Positions 1 to 13,976 of a stretch of 64,000 bases of DNA are shown in pieces. Both the position numbers and the translations under genes were made by a program. This DNA comes from Folioceros fuciformis (Eukaryota): the NCBI GenBank assembly GCA_049999805.1, contig JBNGIO010006005.1, positions 52,691-116,690 of the forward strand, read 5' to 3'. Below the pieces are notes generated by a model that was not told the origin of the DNA, did not search any database, and worked only from the letters and a program-made list of their open reading frames with translations. Each line of letters opens with the position of its first letter. Position 1 is the first letter of the stretch.

Positions 1-2
1 GC

Positions 3-776
3 GTGGACACTCAGGTGCTGTCGCCCCAGCCCCACGCTCGCCATAGATTCAGGCAAAAGGATGGGCATGGACACCGCTCACCCCTGCGCTGCACCGCGTC
101 GGAGGAGACCCAGGCGGACAAACGGGAATCCAGCAGGCTGGTGGAGCTGCCGCTCTTCCCGCTCCCGCTGGTTCTCTTCCCGGGGGCCATTCTCCCGCTG
201 CACATCTTCGAGTTCAGGTACCGCATTCTGATGCAGACCCTCATCGAGACAGACCTGCGCTTCGGGGTGGTGTACACGGACCCAATTTCCAACAGGGCCA
301 CTGTGGGCTGCGTGGGCGAGGTCATAAAGCACGAGAGGCTGGTGGATGACCGCTTCTTCATGATCTGTAAGGGCCAGGAGCGCTTCAGGATCGTGAATTT
401 TGTGAGGAGCAAGCCGTACTTGGTGGCGCAGGTGGAGTGGCTGGAGGACAGGCCGTCCTCGGACGAGCAGGAGGATGTGGAGGCCCTGGCCAACGAGGTG
501 GAGACTTACATGAAGGAGGTCATTCGACTCTCGAATCGGCTCAATGGGAAGCCCGACAAGGAGGCTCCGGAGGACTTGAGGAAGAAGCTCTTTCCAACCC
601 CTTTTTCTTTCTGGGTGGGCAGTACCTTTGAGGGAGCCCCCGCAGAGCAGCAGGCTCTCCTGGAGCTGGAGGACACTGTTGTGCGTCTCCAAAGGGAAAA
701 GGAAACGCTCAGGAATACTCTCAGTTATCTCACTGCTGCTTCTGCAGTCAAGGATGCTTTCCCGTCGTCTGAGTGA
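3..776 (+). CDS. Lon protease N-terminal (LON substrate-binding) domain protein, probably plastid-targeted; 5' end runs off the window
   Basis: ELPLFPLPLVLFPGAILPLHIFEFRYR...FGVV...VGCVGEV...CKGQERFR and EQQALLELED are typical of the plant/cyanobacterial LON_substr_bdg family; stop TGA at 774-776; no intron seen. Confidence 0.9.
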   Translation: MDTQVLSPQPHARHRFRQKDGHGHRSPLRCTASEETQADKRESSRLVELPLFPLPLVLFPGAILPLHIFEFRYRILMQTLIETDLRFGVVYTDPISNRATVGCVGEVIKHERLVDDRFFMICKGQERFRIVNFVRSKPYLVAQVEWLEDRPSSDEQEDVEALANEVETYMKEVIRLSNRLNGKPDKEAPEDLRKKLFPTPFSFWVGSTFEGAPAEQQALLELEDTVVRLQREKETLRNTLSYLTAASAVKDAFPSSE

Positions 777-1573
777 AGCAACAGGTACCAGGACCAGCGC
801 TGGTGTTCGTTTCTTTTCTTCTAGGTTTCCAATTCTTCCTCTTTCTCTATGTGCACCTTTAGGGCGGATGAACCGTCTCTTCTGCTTGGGTGCGTCTATT
901 TTTTACCGATTTGGCTGTGTTGTAGATTGATTGGAACTAGGAGACCGGAATATGGTACTTTCATGCTTGTATCATGCTTGCACTTCAGAAAATCTCCGTG
1001 CCAAACGATGAAGTGCAATGTCTCATTTTGTACACATCGGTTTTTCGTCTGCCACTTTCGTTTGTAATCGATCAATGCTGTAGAATGTTTGAACTTTCTC
1101 TCACTTTCTTGCCTTTTGTTCACTCCGGAACTGAAGAAAATTTCAGCCTTGCCAATGTCACTGTCCGGACGCATTATGTCTAATCTGAAATGTAAAGCTC
1201 CTATCGAACTTCTCCTATTGTACGAAAGGACGCGTTATTTTGGGACCTATCTAACTTGCCCAGATACCGCAACATAGCTTATCTTCACTTTGAAGTCAAT
1301 TGTCATGAAAAAACACTCCACCACTACATACATAGTTTGTAACTGCCATATAAGCAACTGCATAATTACAAAAATAAATACTCTGCCGGGACTGCAATAG
1401 AAAGCAGATTCCTGAGTTCTCAGTTTTGAAACAAAACAACCCCGATGGCACGATAGCTACAAGAAAAACGTGGCAATAGGCTTGCCATTCAGTCCCATTT
1501 ACTCTGAAAATCTCCGCTCTGACCTCATCAGCCAGTTGAGGAGATGGAAGGTTAGCTGCTAGGGAGCGTTTCT

Positions 1574-3365
1574 TCACAGTCCTTCCTTCCCGTCGGCAGC
1601 TCTGAGGGAACCAAGCTGCACAGGGGCCTGAGTGCTCACAATCTTGGAGGACGCATACTTGGCACTCAAATCAGCTCCTTCACTGCTCTCCTTATCAATC
1701 TGCTGCTTGATCCAAGCATAAGTTATGCGCAGACCATCCTGCAGATAAGATAAAAACATAAATGTCAGAATAACGGGCAGAGGAGTTGCTCTCTCCTCCG
1801 ACTGTGACATCCTGTCGGGTTCTCGTCCAAGTGAGTGACATATGGCCCACCTTCAACTTCATTGTTGGGGCCCAGCCCAACTTCTCTTTGATCAGGGTAT
1901 TGTCAGAGTTACGTCCCCTGACTCCCTCCGGACCAGGAATGTGGTGGATTGGAATCTTCTTCGAGTCGAAGCTCAACACGATTTCAGCCATCTCATTCAT
2001 GGACACCATCTCGTCGCTGCCAATGTTGAGAGGTTCTCTGAAATCCGACTTTGTCAACCTGAAACAGCAGCACGAAAGCTGTTACGATCTTTCCCACAAA
2101 ACTGCTTCCGTGTTGTCTTAAAATAGCCTGTGGTTGTGAGAGACCGACCTTAACACCCCCTCCACACACTCATCAATGAAGGTGAACGACCGAGTCTGCT
2201 TCCCATCACCCCACATCTCAAATCTCTCGGTGGAAGTGATAGCCTTTCTGCAGAAAGCAGCGGGGGCCTTCTCTCGTCCACCTACAAGTCCATCCTCAAA
2301 GATTCAGCGAACGCACGCAAACCATACATACCATGACTCGTGACCACGAGGGCAGGAGGTCATGTGAATGTTTCACCTTTCCAAGTGCCGAATGGGCCGT
2401 AGATGTTGTGAAACCGCCCAATTCTACACTCAATTCCAAAATCCTTGGTATAGTGCTTGCAGATCTCCTCCGTCGACAGCTTCTCGAGCCCATACGCATC
2501 TTGGGGCTTCATGACAACATGGAGGAGGGTGAAAGCCGGAACTAAAGGTGGCGATCCTTGTCTACAGAATAGTCAGGCACAAATGCTCCGGATCAATCCC
2601 TGGGGACATACCTCGGCAGGCCAAGCATCGGACTCCTTCAGACTGACATTGGTCTCCAGCTGCTTGAACTCAGGGTAGATGCACGCACTCGAAGCATAAA
2701 AGAACCTGTTGGGCACCCACACGGCTTCCGCTGTCAGAACAAACGTCAGCCACCACCCGGTCCTCCCATCGCAAAACTGCAACCATCGCGGGCCTGGAAG
2801 TCTAGTCGGTAACCGGACACTTGAGTGTACATCCCCCATCTGCAAAACCGTATCCCTCCTACTGCCTGATCCGGTTCCAAAACGGAAGACAAAAGCAGGC
2901 AAGGCACAGAGCGGGCGCTGACAGGATCACCTACCTCTTCACCCCGTTGATCCGAGCAGCCTCCAGAACGCTGAGGGAGATCATAAAATTGTTGTACATG
3001 ATGACCGCGTGGTTGGACTGAATAAATCCCATCCCACCCATGTCAGCCGCCAGATTGAATACATGGTCAACGCCCTTGGTAATCTTGAGGCAGTTGTCCA
3101 TGACTCGCAGATCCACCAGGTGGAACTCGTTGCAGAACATATCCTCCGTCATGTGCTCATTGGGCTTCCAATCCGCCGCCACAATGTAGTGCCCCTCCTG
3201 CTTGAGCCTCCGAGCCAGATGCGAGGCGATGAACCCTCCAGCCCCGGTGACGGCGATCCGCAGCTTCGCTTCGGGCCAGTAAGGCTCCCGCTCCAGCTCC
3301 GCGTACGTGAAATCCCCTCCGAGTTCAGTGCTGCGCCCATTGGCGTGCCCGTTGAGTGCCGCCAT
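1574..3365 (-). CDS. GME: GDP-D-mannose 3',5'-epimerase (6 coding exons: ~3365-2935, 2705-2612, 2506-2377, 2281-2149, 2058-1851, 1738-1574)
   Basis: LEREPYWP, TGAGGFIASH Rossmann motif, FNLAADMGGMGFIQ, FFYASSACIYPE, PQDAYGLEK, GGREKAPAAFCRK, GPEGVRGRNSDN, LGSLRAADGKE; GT-AG introns join the pieces in frame. Confidence 0.97.
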
Positions 3366-4267
3366 TGCCGCACTCCTTGCACACGCAGCACAGAAGAAGA
3401 CCGCAACTCCAAGTCCTTCTAGAAGTAGCACCGCGGCAGCAGAAAAGGAAGGCGCTGGATCCCGAGGCGCCTTAACACTTGGACCTGAGGCAACCGTGCG
3501 CTCTTCCAGAAACAAGTGGTCCACGAAGCGCCGCCGCCCTTCAGCTCAACTCTCCCCCTGAAACCCTGAGAATCCGGCGCAGATTGGAACCGACAAACTG
3601 GATCCCCAGTGGCTTCGAGATGGAGAATGGATGGCAAGATGCGCTCATATACCGCTGCTTCCTTAGCTGGCGGGAGGCAGATGCCAACACAGAGAGAGTT
3701 GAGGCCACGGTTTCCACGGCCCACGGCAAGGTCGGACCGGGACTGCACTTGGACTGCGTGTCTGCGACTCGGGCTCCGCTCTCGACTGGCTGGACTGGAT
3801 GCGTGCAATACGACTCCCACGTTTTGAAGGCCAAGGGCGCGCCATGGCCACACACTTTCCATTGACAGCGACTTGTTCGTTCCTTGCCATTCCAGTGTGG
3901 CCGCCACCCACCGTCACGTTACTCCGCCAGTTTCGCCCCAATTACATACGGGTCCACGGACATGGTTGCACGATTGCTCTGGCGTAACAAGAAAACCGTG
4001 CCTTCCAACGAGTCTGGGACCACATACTAATGAACGAGCGCATGGTGTGTGTAACATATATGACGATATATATTATTAAATTAATATTTATCTTAGAAAT
4101 GAGAGGAACAACTGTACCACAGGTCAAAAAAAGGGACTACCTCCCTCAAGGGTTTAAATATATAAAATATAAATTTTATTATAAAAATTATATATTAAAA
4201 TATATTTATTTTTATTAATCATCAATCTCAAAATATTCAACTCTACAAGATTCATTATAATTTCCTA

Positions 4268-4337
4268 TGACATGAATGTTTATGTTTATATAACCCTATG
4301 AATGACATGAATGTTTATGTTTATATAACCCTATGAA
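4268..4337. repeat. Exact 35-bp tandem duplication
   Basis: TGACATGAATGTTTATGTTTATATAACCCTATGAA occurs at 4268 and 4303. Confidence 0.95.
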
Positions 4338-7180
4338 TTTCTTTAAAATACATGAAATGTGTAGTGGAATATAAGTGTTTATAAACTTCATGCTCTTAAC
4401 CTTCACCTTATTGTTGTTCCAAGTGTCATGAGATGTTTATAATTCTAGCCTCATTGCCTATGAGAAGATTGCTTGCAGCTAGTGCAAATGTTATGGATTT
4501 GCAACAATGGCCAATTCTTTATTACATTTGACTTGAACAAGAATCCCTACTTGATATGGAACAAATATGAAAAATGCTCTATTCTTTGTACACTCACACA
4601 CACTCTACAATCTAGCTCAATCTATGATCAATAGCTTCAATACATAACGCATTTAAACCTAAGGTTAGAGAATTTTAAATCTCCTGAAAGTTTCTCTTGT
4701 TTGTGCGGACCCTCCACCTACCTTGGTATCTGGATTCCCTAAAAGATCAACGAATTCACATCCAGAGTTTGTGGAACTGGAGTTTGGGCAAGTTTGTGAT
4801 GAGTGGTTTTTTGGTGGAGAGCTTCCACTAACTCCTCTATCTGCAAATGGAGATTAGCTAAATGTTAGCTCGGAAGGAGCAAGTGGATTGCTAAACTCCT
4901 GTAAGCTACCTAACAACTCCTCCTATGGCTATTGTTGTTGTTGAGACAGTCACTCCCTTCTAATTTGTCCCCGTTGTGAAATAACTCGCCAAGGGATGTC
5001 TAGGATTCTTAGTTACTGAGAGCTAGTCTCTTGGACCTCAAGATGCATTCCCCATGCAAGTCAAATCTAAGAGTAATGTGCTACTCTGAAAGGAATAAAG
5101 CTTTCTCAACAATCTCAACATGGAGAAACCCAAACCCCTAAAGGCTAGCCAAAAGACAACTGCGCAGCCTCCTAGGAATCCCGAATTTGATCCGATTCTA
5201 GTCCCAAAGTCAGCTCCCACAATTGAAAATTTAAGGCTGAAATTGCCAGCCACTTGCCATAAACACCTAGTGACCTACATCAAAGCCTAATTTGAGATAT
5301 CTGGAAAAATCATCAAAAAGCTCAAGACCTACAATAAGCTCCTTAATTTGGCAACTTTGACTAGCCTCACTTGGCTCCCACAACCTAGTAGAGGCCTAGC
5401 ACAGCTTGGGTGCTACTTGCGGGATGAGATACGAGCTCCACAACGAGAATTAGGCCCTTATACAAGTAGATGAGGCTTACGATGTTGTAATTCAATACTG
5501 CTTGTTGACTTGCTTTTCTCTCCCTTTTTTGGCTATAAGACTCTTGACCCCTTGCTTGCTCCTTTGGCCGTAGGACTCTTCCTTCTTAGTTACAAGTCAG
5601 GTTTGTCTCTTGGTATCGAGATCCTCCTCACAACCTTGCTTACAGTCCTCTCAACAAGGTTCTTGTTGCAGCTCACTTGTGAGGTCCATGATAGTCAATA
5701 CCTTAGTGTGTTCCGGCAAGTGTAGAGCTCTACTACTCTTTTCTTGTAGTCTCCTTCCGTCACTGCCCTTTTTGGTGTAGGCTCTTGCTCCGAGTCGACC
5801 TCTTTGTAGTGGAGGTATACCATAGAAGATCTCGAATTCTTGTACTAGCCCCCCATGTAATGGTGGCCTGTCGTGAAAGCGTGAACTATGGGGAGGAAAA
5901 CACTCTGATGTGAAGGGGACTCTCACAGTCCTAAAGTCTACGCGCTATAAGACTTTGCTACTCCCAATTCCCAGGACTACCTTTGTGACAGCTTAAGTCT
6001 TAGCTACGGGCACTTAGTCTCTCAACCACTAGTTGGCTTAGGTGTTGCTTGTTCAAGCTCTTAAGTCTCTTTTTACACGTCTATTATTAGAATAGCTTAT
6101 GTTCGTTGTTTCATAGGTTGATTGGCGGATTTCACGTTGAAGGAGATGGCAGTGCCTGTGAGGCTAAGAAGAGGGCTAGGGCAGAAAACAACAGTTGTTG
6201 AAGTTGCGCCATAACAACGTTGTGTCTAAGAGAGTTCTTCTACAATCCCTTGAGAACATTGTCAAATCTGAATGGAATCTTGTGATTCGAGTGTTCGAGG
6301 GTGTGGAGATTGATGGGCGCAACCTAAATGCCTGATTTCTAACGCCTAGCCAGGCAAATTGCCTGGCCTCTCATGTTTTTTAGCAACATGCAATCCTTAA
6401 TGTGGCTCAAATTATTGGTAGAGAAGATGTTCATTTTACTATATTTGCTGATTTGGTTTTAGCCGAGTTTGCTAATTTTGTGTTTTCAAAATCCGCTGCT
6501 AATGAGGCAACTTTTTGTTGTGATAATTTGCAATGTATTGCTTAAGCTGGTGCAGCCCTTAGCAATTATGTATGTGGTTCAAGTCTAGAGAAATCAGACT
6601 TGTATGAGTGTGTGTGTGATTGGGGACTCCTAGGACTGTCCCAGCCCTGGAGATCCCATATGTACAGGTGGCCAACACTCTAGGCGCCTCAAATACTTGG
6701 GACTCCTGGAACATACCTCTACAAGGTGGCAGCCCTATCATAAATGGCAGGCCACCCTCAATTAAATTAGTCTTGAGTGTCCTAGGCATGAGGAAAAAAA
6801 TTCCAAACTGGCCATTCGAGCCTTTGCAAGGAAATATGGGTACGGTTTAGTAAAACTTCAACGCTAGCCGAAACCCGCGATTAGGAGGCCAGCACCAGAG
6901 CCGGTGGGTGCAATTGGGATGGTTCCTAGAAGAAATGCGCGGCTGTGAGGAGGTCTTGGTGAAGCGCCACATGCCCTGATCTCTAGTCGCAGAGCCATGT
7001 GCGTACCAAAGGTGATGAATGCTTGAGGCACGCTTGAATCTCGTAGCTAGTAAAATTGTTGCAGGCGGGCTCAGGCTCATTCTTGGAGCTAGCATGCTTG
7101 ATGCGTGTAGGCTAAGGTCCATTGTTGTAGGTAGTGTGCTTGATGCGCGGGGGTTGAAACCCATTCTAGTAAGTGGCAAA

Positions 7181-7671
7181 AAAGTAGCAGTTGGCTTAAA
7201 AGAAATCGGGCTTTGCTAGTTTCTTTAGCAATGAGCATGTCCTCCGCACAAATTTGCTTGGGTTGTTGAAATTTGTGTTGTTTATGAAGTGTACTGAAAG
7301 TTGTGGTGATGGCTGCGATGCTTAATCTAAACCCCAGTTACGATTGTTGTTATGCAGCCTATGGAAGCCCGATGGACGAATGTAAAATGACATTGAACGT
7401 TTGAGAATTGTTTTTGGAACCCGAGATTCTTAAAAGTAGCAGCTGGCTTAGAAGAAATCGGGCTTTGCTGGCTTCTTTAGCAATGAGCACGTCCTCCACA
7501 CAAATTTGCTTGGGTTGTTGAAATTTGTGTTGTTGATGAAGTGTACTGAAAGTTGTGGTGATGGCTGCGAGGCTTAACCTAAACCCCAGTTATGATTGTT
7601 GTTATGCAGCCTATGGAAGCTCGATGGACAAATGTAAAATGACATTGAACGTTTGAGAATTGTTTTTGGAA
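7181..7671. repeat. Near-identical direct duplication, ~240 bp per copy, period ~252 bp
   Basis: AAAGTAGCAG(T/C)TGGCTTA...GAGAATTGTTTTTGGAA at 7181-7419 and 7433-7671 with a few substitutions; followed by a 2x GGTAAAATGTTTGTTTCTAGGT duplication (~7703-7754). Confidence 0.93.
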
Positions 7672-9126
7672 AAAACTCTTAAAACATATGTGAGACCGGT
7701 ATGGTAAAATGTTTGTTTCTAGGTGATACCCAGGTAAAATGTTTGTTTCTAGGTAATGCCCAAACGAGACACAGCCATAAAAAAGGATCTTTGGATATAT
7801 ACCTGCAGATACCCTAGATGAAAGCCCTAAAATAGTCCAATATCTAGTGTCTTGTTTGGTATGCTGTATGACTCTAATACTTTACTGTATAATTCTACAG
7901 CGCTCTCAATCATCAGCAACGAGTCAAGCCGTTTGGCCCATGGTGTACTGATGGCGAAGCACTTTGATCCTTGTAAAAAGAGTTAGTTTTATTTTTTAAT
8001 ATAATATATATCATATAATATATTTCATTTTGTTTCCAAAATCGTTTACGTAGGTGCGGTCTTTGGCCTCGAGCGTCAGCGCAGGCCGCAATGCTGAAAG
8101 CTGCAAGGGTGGCTCCACCTCATGGCCCCTTGTGTTCCTCTTCCTGCGACTCCTTCCCATCTTCCTGCATCCTCCTGCCGTTGTCCCTCCGCCTTAATGG
8201 CCTCCTCCAACCACGTAGACGAATGGTGTCCGTCAACGCAGACTGTCTGTTACATAATATAAAATATAACAGCGAGACTATTGCTTTTTCGTTCTGGTCG
8301 GCCTTTCGCACAGCATTTGGGCGCATGCGGAGGACGTCCGTTGCGCCTGGCTGTCGTACTTTCCTATCTCCGAGACTTTCCTTGAGCTTGGTTTGCTCTC
8401 GCCTGCCTGCCCTTTCCACTCGCCTGGCCCTTCCCTTGAACTGTAATTGTTTTCATTATCTAGGAAGGGTTGAAAATGGCGACGGAATACGGAGGACTTG
8501 GCTGTGCCGTAACCTCAGCCGCCTGATGGTGTCACCTTCCAGCGGTGGCACAATTTACTGTACTCTTCAATTCCTTAGCGCGAAATGCAAGGACGCCACA
8601 TCTCAGATCTGCTACCAAGTAGATGCCGTGAGACTCCCGGCTACCGTGGTTGTCACATGCGCACAGCCCTTGCGACGGGAGTACATGAGCGTTCACGGAG
8701 GACATTATCACCTCAGCATTGCCACATCGTGGGGCCATGCATACGGTGTTGGAAAGAGAACGAGGCTACCATGTATGCGGAACTGAGACTAATTTGAGAT
8801 CAAATACTAAGGAAACATTAAAATGTGATAAAGGTATTCCAGGCGGGAGGCATATTGCAGGCTGAGATACTTGGCTGTTCCTAGCATCAGCCCTTCTAGA
8901 CCCACCACAGGTTGCGGGAAGACAAGTGTTCAGGACCCGGCATTTCCTGCCTCCACGCACACATGCGGACCTGGATGGAGCAATCTGTTAGAATTCCAGT
9001 TCCACAGCCACAGCACAGCAGCTCGCTCACACCTTTTCCAGCCAGGAAGACAGGAACATGGTCCCTGCCTCCCACTGTGGGAGGACATGTGTATGTGCAC
9101 GCCTTGTTACCAGGGCATTCACCTTA

Positions 9127-9945
9127 CTATGACTGCAACTCTGGCCGTGATGGTTCCTGTAGATTAAGAGCAGCAATGCCTTTATCTACGCTGGATGGGG
9201 CTTGATTTTGGGCAGGCTTACAGCTTCTCGCAAGCTTCGTTTCCTTGTCTTCGTCAACTTCTTCTTCCTCATCCTCAGGTTTCGAACTCTGCATCCGCAT
9301 CATTTTGGCTTTTCGATACTCATCGTAGTGCTTCCGTCGATGTTCCTCAAAGCTCAACTTGTTCCCATTCATATCAACACCTGGCAACCCAACGCAGAAG
9401 TATAACGAACATTGAAAACAGAGAAATACTCGTTCCCTCACCAGCCACCAATTTCTAAAAAACGCAAGTCAGACACAGCGATTGCCATGACAGGCACAAA
9501 CCTTCACCGTCAAAGTCTCTATCATCACCCTCGTCCTCTGAGGACGTCCAGCCCCCTCCTCTTGACCTGCTGCTCGATCCACCACTGGTAGATGCAACTT
9601 CTGAGAGTGCATTCCTTATGGCTTCAGCATGTGCAGCAGCCTCCATAGGCAAAAAGTCATCATCTGGCGTTGGGGAAACAACCCCTGCATGCACCAAACG
9701 CGGAAATAAAGATTGACGAAGAAGAAGTCATGCAGCTCACCAGGCAAAGACCCTTTGCATGCCGCCTTTCCTACAGCAAACACACGCACACAACGTCCTC
9801 TACAGCATACAAAAGCAAAGTCCCTTACCATCTGAACTGCTGGGTGCATGATAAGGAGTCTTGGGCTCGTTGATTTTCTGCTTGGGCGTCTTACTGGCCT
9901 CTAGCAGGTCCAAGTTCTCTTCATCCCATACAACTCGAACTCTGG
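9127..9945 (-). CDS. Protein phosphatase 1 inhibitor-2 (IPP-2/PPP1R2) family; at least 3 exons, first exon upstream not resolved
   Basis: RVVWDEENL (RVxW PP1-docking motif), KQKINEPKTPY, GWTSSEDE and SFEEHRRKHYDEY across exons ~9943-9828, 9685-9502, 9380-9127. Confidence 0.9.
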
Positions 9946-11058
9946 AAACATCCACCAGAAGAGTGCTGAGTACGAAGAGAACAGGCCTTTCACAATTTCG
10001 TGCAGCAATGAGGTCCCAAGACCAAGGTAAGCATCTCGCCTGCGGACACACAACTACAGCAGGGACTTCTGTCTGGAAGAGAGACAGATTAGCAAAATCC
10101 TCCCCACCCGAGACCTAAACCCTAACCCACGGACGAGTCCTGTTGGCATTGCCAACTATCAGGGAATCTATCGCCACCCGCTCACACAAACACGCCAGCG
10201 GGCGAAGAGCGGAAATCACAAGTGTAGAGATCCGGTGCCCTAAACAATCAAAAAAACGATCCCCAACATCAAACTGCTACGGGTCCAGTCCGCTACAAAC
10301 CAAGTCTGGGCCAGACAACGTCCCAGTCCAACGTTTGGACCCGCCACCCGAAATCGATTCCCGATTGCCACAGCCTCCAGTAATGCAGTCGGTGACGACC
10401 GCGCCGCCCCAATCCAAGCTCATCCATGACTCATAGACGCTTCACAGAGCAGACAATCCTTGCACTCCAACGTACACATACAAAGGTAGGGATGAGAGGG
10501 GAAGATACCTGGGTTTGGTGCGCCCACTTTTTCTCATTCCTTCGCCTTGTCAACACACCGACAAAGAGACATCCGGCAAAATGCATTCCAATTGGTGGAA
10601 TCCAGTGAGCCTTCGACCTGTGTCGGCTTCAGCAGACCCGCCCACGACGACAAGTTCAAGGGCCCCTACTCCGTGGTCGGCATGCTAGAGGGATGCCAAC
10701 CCGTACGCCAAAAACCCTGAATCCGCAATCAGCGTCGTGCCTTCCAATTTTGAACCGACCAACGCGCCACGTTGATGAGCACATTCCAAGTGGTGACGGG
10801 AGAGCCGACTGGTGGAAGAAAAGCAAAGCCCAATGTAGCGTATGTGCGGGGTAAAGTCCGTTTTTATCTAACCGCTCAACAGTATTGGCTGTATTTGTCC
10901 TCGGGAGGGTCCAGGATTAGCTTTTAGGTCTACGTGTGCAATTGAAGCAAAAGCAGCCAGCAGCCACGTTTCTGCACGATGGACGATCGATTTCACCGCT
11001 CTCGCTTCGACAAGGGCGCACCACAGCCACACACTCACAGCCGGGGCTCGGTCTGGTG

Positions 11059-12782
11059 TTACGCTCGCAGAGTTATGTCTGCACTGAGGAAAATCTGGCC
11101 ATGGCTGAGCCAGTGATTTCTGTCAGCAGCCAGGTCCTTGAAGTCTAGGCCGAACAGGTCACCACATCTCACCAGGTGACTGTCCTGGTGGAACGTGTGC
11201 CTGGCATGAAACCTGTGGACAAATGAAGACTGCTGCTGGGACCAGAGGAAGACGTTCAGCTCTGCCACCACAGGTCTGCCAGAAGGCGGAGCCGAGCACA
11301 TGGCCAGATCAAGGGCCACTCTCAGGTTCTTGGCCACCTGCCGGATCCGAAATGCGAAGCCGATGCCGGAGAGTCGGAAGGACTCGTAACTTAGGGCTGT
11401 GCCGGAATCTGTGCACTTTTCCAGCTCTTCCAAGGTGGCGCTGAACCTTATGGAAGCTGCGGGCTGGGGCTGCTCCAGACACATGGCCTGCACGGGCCTG
11501 GGGTAACCGGTCCGCTCCTCGAACCTCCTATGCTGCAGCAGAGGCTGCCGGAACCGTTGCTTCATGTCCAGGGACGCGGTCCTGAATCTGAGGCCTTCTA
11601 TCACCAGCTTCTGGCACTCGGGGCTGGAAAGCTCAGGGTGCTCGATGAGGCCGCTCAGGACGTCCGCCTTCATGAACGGAAATCTGATGAGGGGAGCCAG
11701 CTTGTCCATGGTCCGCACGCGGCTCTCTTCGCCTTCGCCTGCATTCTCCCTCACCCATAGAATCAGAGCGTAGAACGCTGTCTCCTCCCTTTCCACCGGA
11801 AGCTCATTGCTGCGTAGTAGAGCTTCCAGCGCGGATTGGGGCAGGCTCTTGAGGTCCCTCAGCACCTCCTTGTCGCTGTGGTGCCGGGAGTTGACGAAGC
11901 TGAGGTTCTTGAAGCGCCGAATGAGGATGCACGTGCACGTTTCCACCAGAGAGCGCAGCTCGGGAGATCTCCGCGCTGTCTCTGCCCCCTCTATGATTTG
12001 AACGGCGTGACCAAACTCCAGGCTTGCGGTTTGCAGCTTCTGTAAGCAAGCTCGTGACAGATTTTGGACGAGGAATTGCTCGGCGAGAAGCCAGAGGCCG
12101 ATTGATTCCTCCACGTTGCTGGCTGCTGCATCTTTTCTGCTGTACACGAATTCTAGCAGCCTCAAAAACAGCTTCCTCTCTGCGGGCAAGGCAATCCAAA
12201 CACAGTGTGTAGAGGGGGTTGGAACTCGGACTGGATCCGGAACGTCAGCTTTGGCAAGGACAGTCGCATCACACGCAGTGCAGGCGTTGTACGATACCTT
12301 CGGCCTTGATGTGAATGTCAACTATTTTCGAGTCGGACTCCTGGAATCCATAGCCTCCGAAGAGTGTCAGAAAGTATTGGGACTGATTTGCCAGAATCGC
12401 AGAGTTCACGGGTAACTGCAGGATCTCCTCCTCCACGTGGTCCTCGCCCTCTGTCATGTCAGGCCACCAAGCGCTAACGTGATGAGATGCATTCAACAAA
12501 CGGCCACTGCAGCTAGCAGCATCAGCATCAGCATCTGAATTTAATAGCTCTCACATAACGAAGCATGTGTGTTGAAGTATGGAACATGATACCGCTGTGA
12601 CCACGATTTTGGAGAGTAGTCCCTGGAGATATGATAACTCTGAGAGTTCTGTCGGAGAAGCGTGGATGAAACCTGGCAAATTCGAAGTTGTCACCGCTTG
12701 ATCCAGAGGGCAGTAGGTGATGCAGTGGAGCCTTAGCTTCGGGCAGGCTGAGTTTGTTCCCAGCTGTAGTCCGCCGATCCAT
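11059..12782 (-). CDS. BTB/POZ-BACK protein, divergent POB1/LRB-like CUL3 adaptor (exons ~12782-12593, 12450-12298, 12179-11059)
   Basis: NFEFARFHPRFSDRTLRV, LPVNSAILANQSQYF...GFQES, LLEFVYS, LWLLAEQFLV, LLRSNELPVEREETAF, IRFPFM and HRRFEER match the POB1/LRB pattern; splice junctions keep frame; start ATG uncertain. Confidence 0.85.
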
Positions 12783-13796
12783 TTGTGCGCAGCCGCCAAG
12801 AGCCAAGTGCTGATCAGCTCCCAGGATAAGTACGGGTTCTTCAAGAAATCGTGCCGGCAAAGAGATGCATTTTCACCTCCTGCCAGCAATCAACCAAGAC
12901 TTCCTCCGTCGGATCGGAGGTAAGGCAGGAGGAGGAAGAAGCAGGAGAGAAAATGAAACCTTTCCTACTGGGCGGCTATGAAGGAAAGAGCTGTTGGGAG
13001 ATGCTGGATACGACAGCCAACGTCCAGCGGACACCATTAACATTGGCAAAGCGTGGTAGATGGTGATTATTACCTTCACAACTGGCATTGGAAGTGACGC
13101 TTTCCTCATCAAGAAATCTTTTCACTATGCCTTTGAGTAGATCTTACTGCAAAATTCCTTGGAAGCATAAAGACGACAAAATCGAGGTGCTTGCGCTTGG
13201 CTCGATGCGAGGGCAGCCGGCGACTGTTTGCCACTTCCTGGTAGAGAATGGTGGAGACTTCCCTTCCCTTCCCGGGTGACTTCCGGAGCATAAAAAAGAT
13301 GGACCCTGCAACGTGCTGCAAAACTAATTTTGGGCTACCAACTGGATCATCCACGGCCAGAGTTGTCCACCTTCTCGTCCCTTTTATCCCTTCAGTTTTG
13401 AAGCTCGAAAAATATATGTCCAAGCCATTATGCCTACTGCATTATTGATTTGTTAATATTTAACCCATTTTATTATTATTATTATTATTATTATATTTTA
13501 AATAAATAAATACAGAAAATGAAATGCTGGCCACAATTCTTACATGGCTGTGCAGTTTGATTGGATGAAGAAAATATGATTAATTTGAGTTTATCCATTT
13601 TATTTTTTATTTTCTGCCTAAAGACGAATGAAGTTGATTCTCAAGATTATATATATATATATTTTATTTTGGTCACTAGAATGATTAAATAGTATATCAA
13701 AATTTAAAAAATAATGTCTCAAAATAATTCAGAAAGCTTATTTCACCTCCTTTTCTAAGGAAGGGTTAAGGAGTCTCATGGGCCTCTTCCTAGAAA

Positions 13797-13927
13797 ATCA
13801 ATATGGCCAAGCATTAAGAGCCCTTCTTTCATATTCATCAATCAATATGGCCAAGCATTAAGAGCCCTTCTTTCATACTCATCAATCAATATGGCCAAGC
13901 ATTAAGAGTCCTTCTTTCATACTCATC
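13797..13927. repeat. 3 x 44-bp tandem repeat
   Basis: ATCAATATGGCCAAGCATTAAGAGCCCTTCTTTCATA(T/C)TCATCA at 13797, 13841, 13885. Confidence 0.95.
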
Positions 13928-13976
13928 TATCCCTAGGTCTTTTCGGGCTCATATTCGCTCTTGTTTAAGTAAAGGA

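Noticed and set aside
4400-7150. Possible LTR-retrotransposon gag/protease remnant
   Set aside because: Probably TE debris, but I could not identify a convincing domain motif, LTR pair or PBS
8091-8786. 231-aa ORF
   Set aside because: No recognisable motif, UTR-like composition and no supporting splice structure; probably spurious
10117-10125. AAACCCTAA telo-box (also at 29707-29715)
   Set aside because: Single short motifs; plausible but not distinguishable from chance without TSS data
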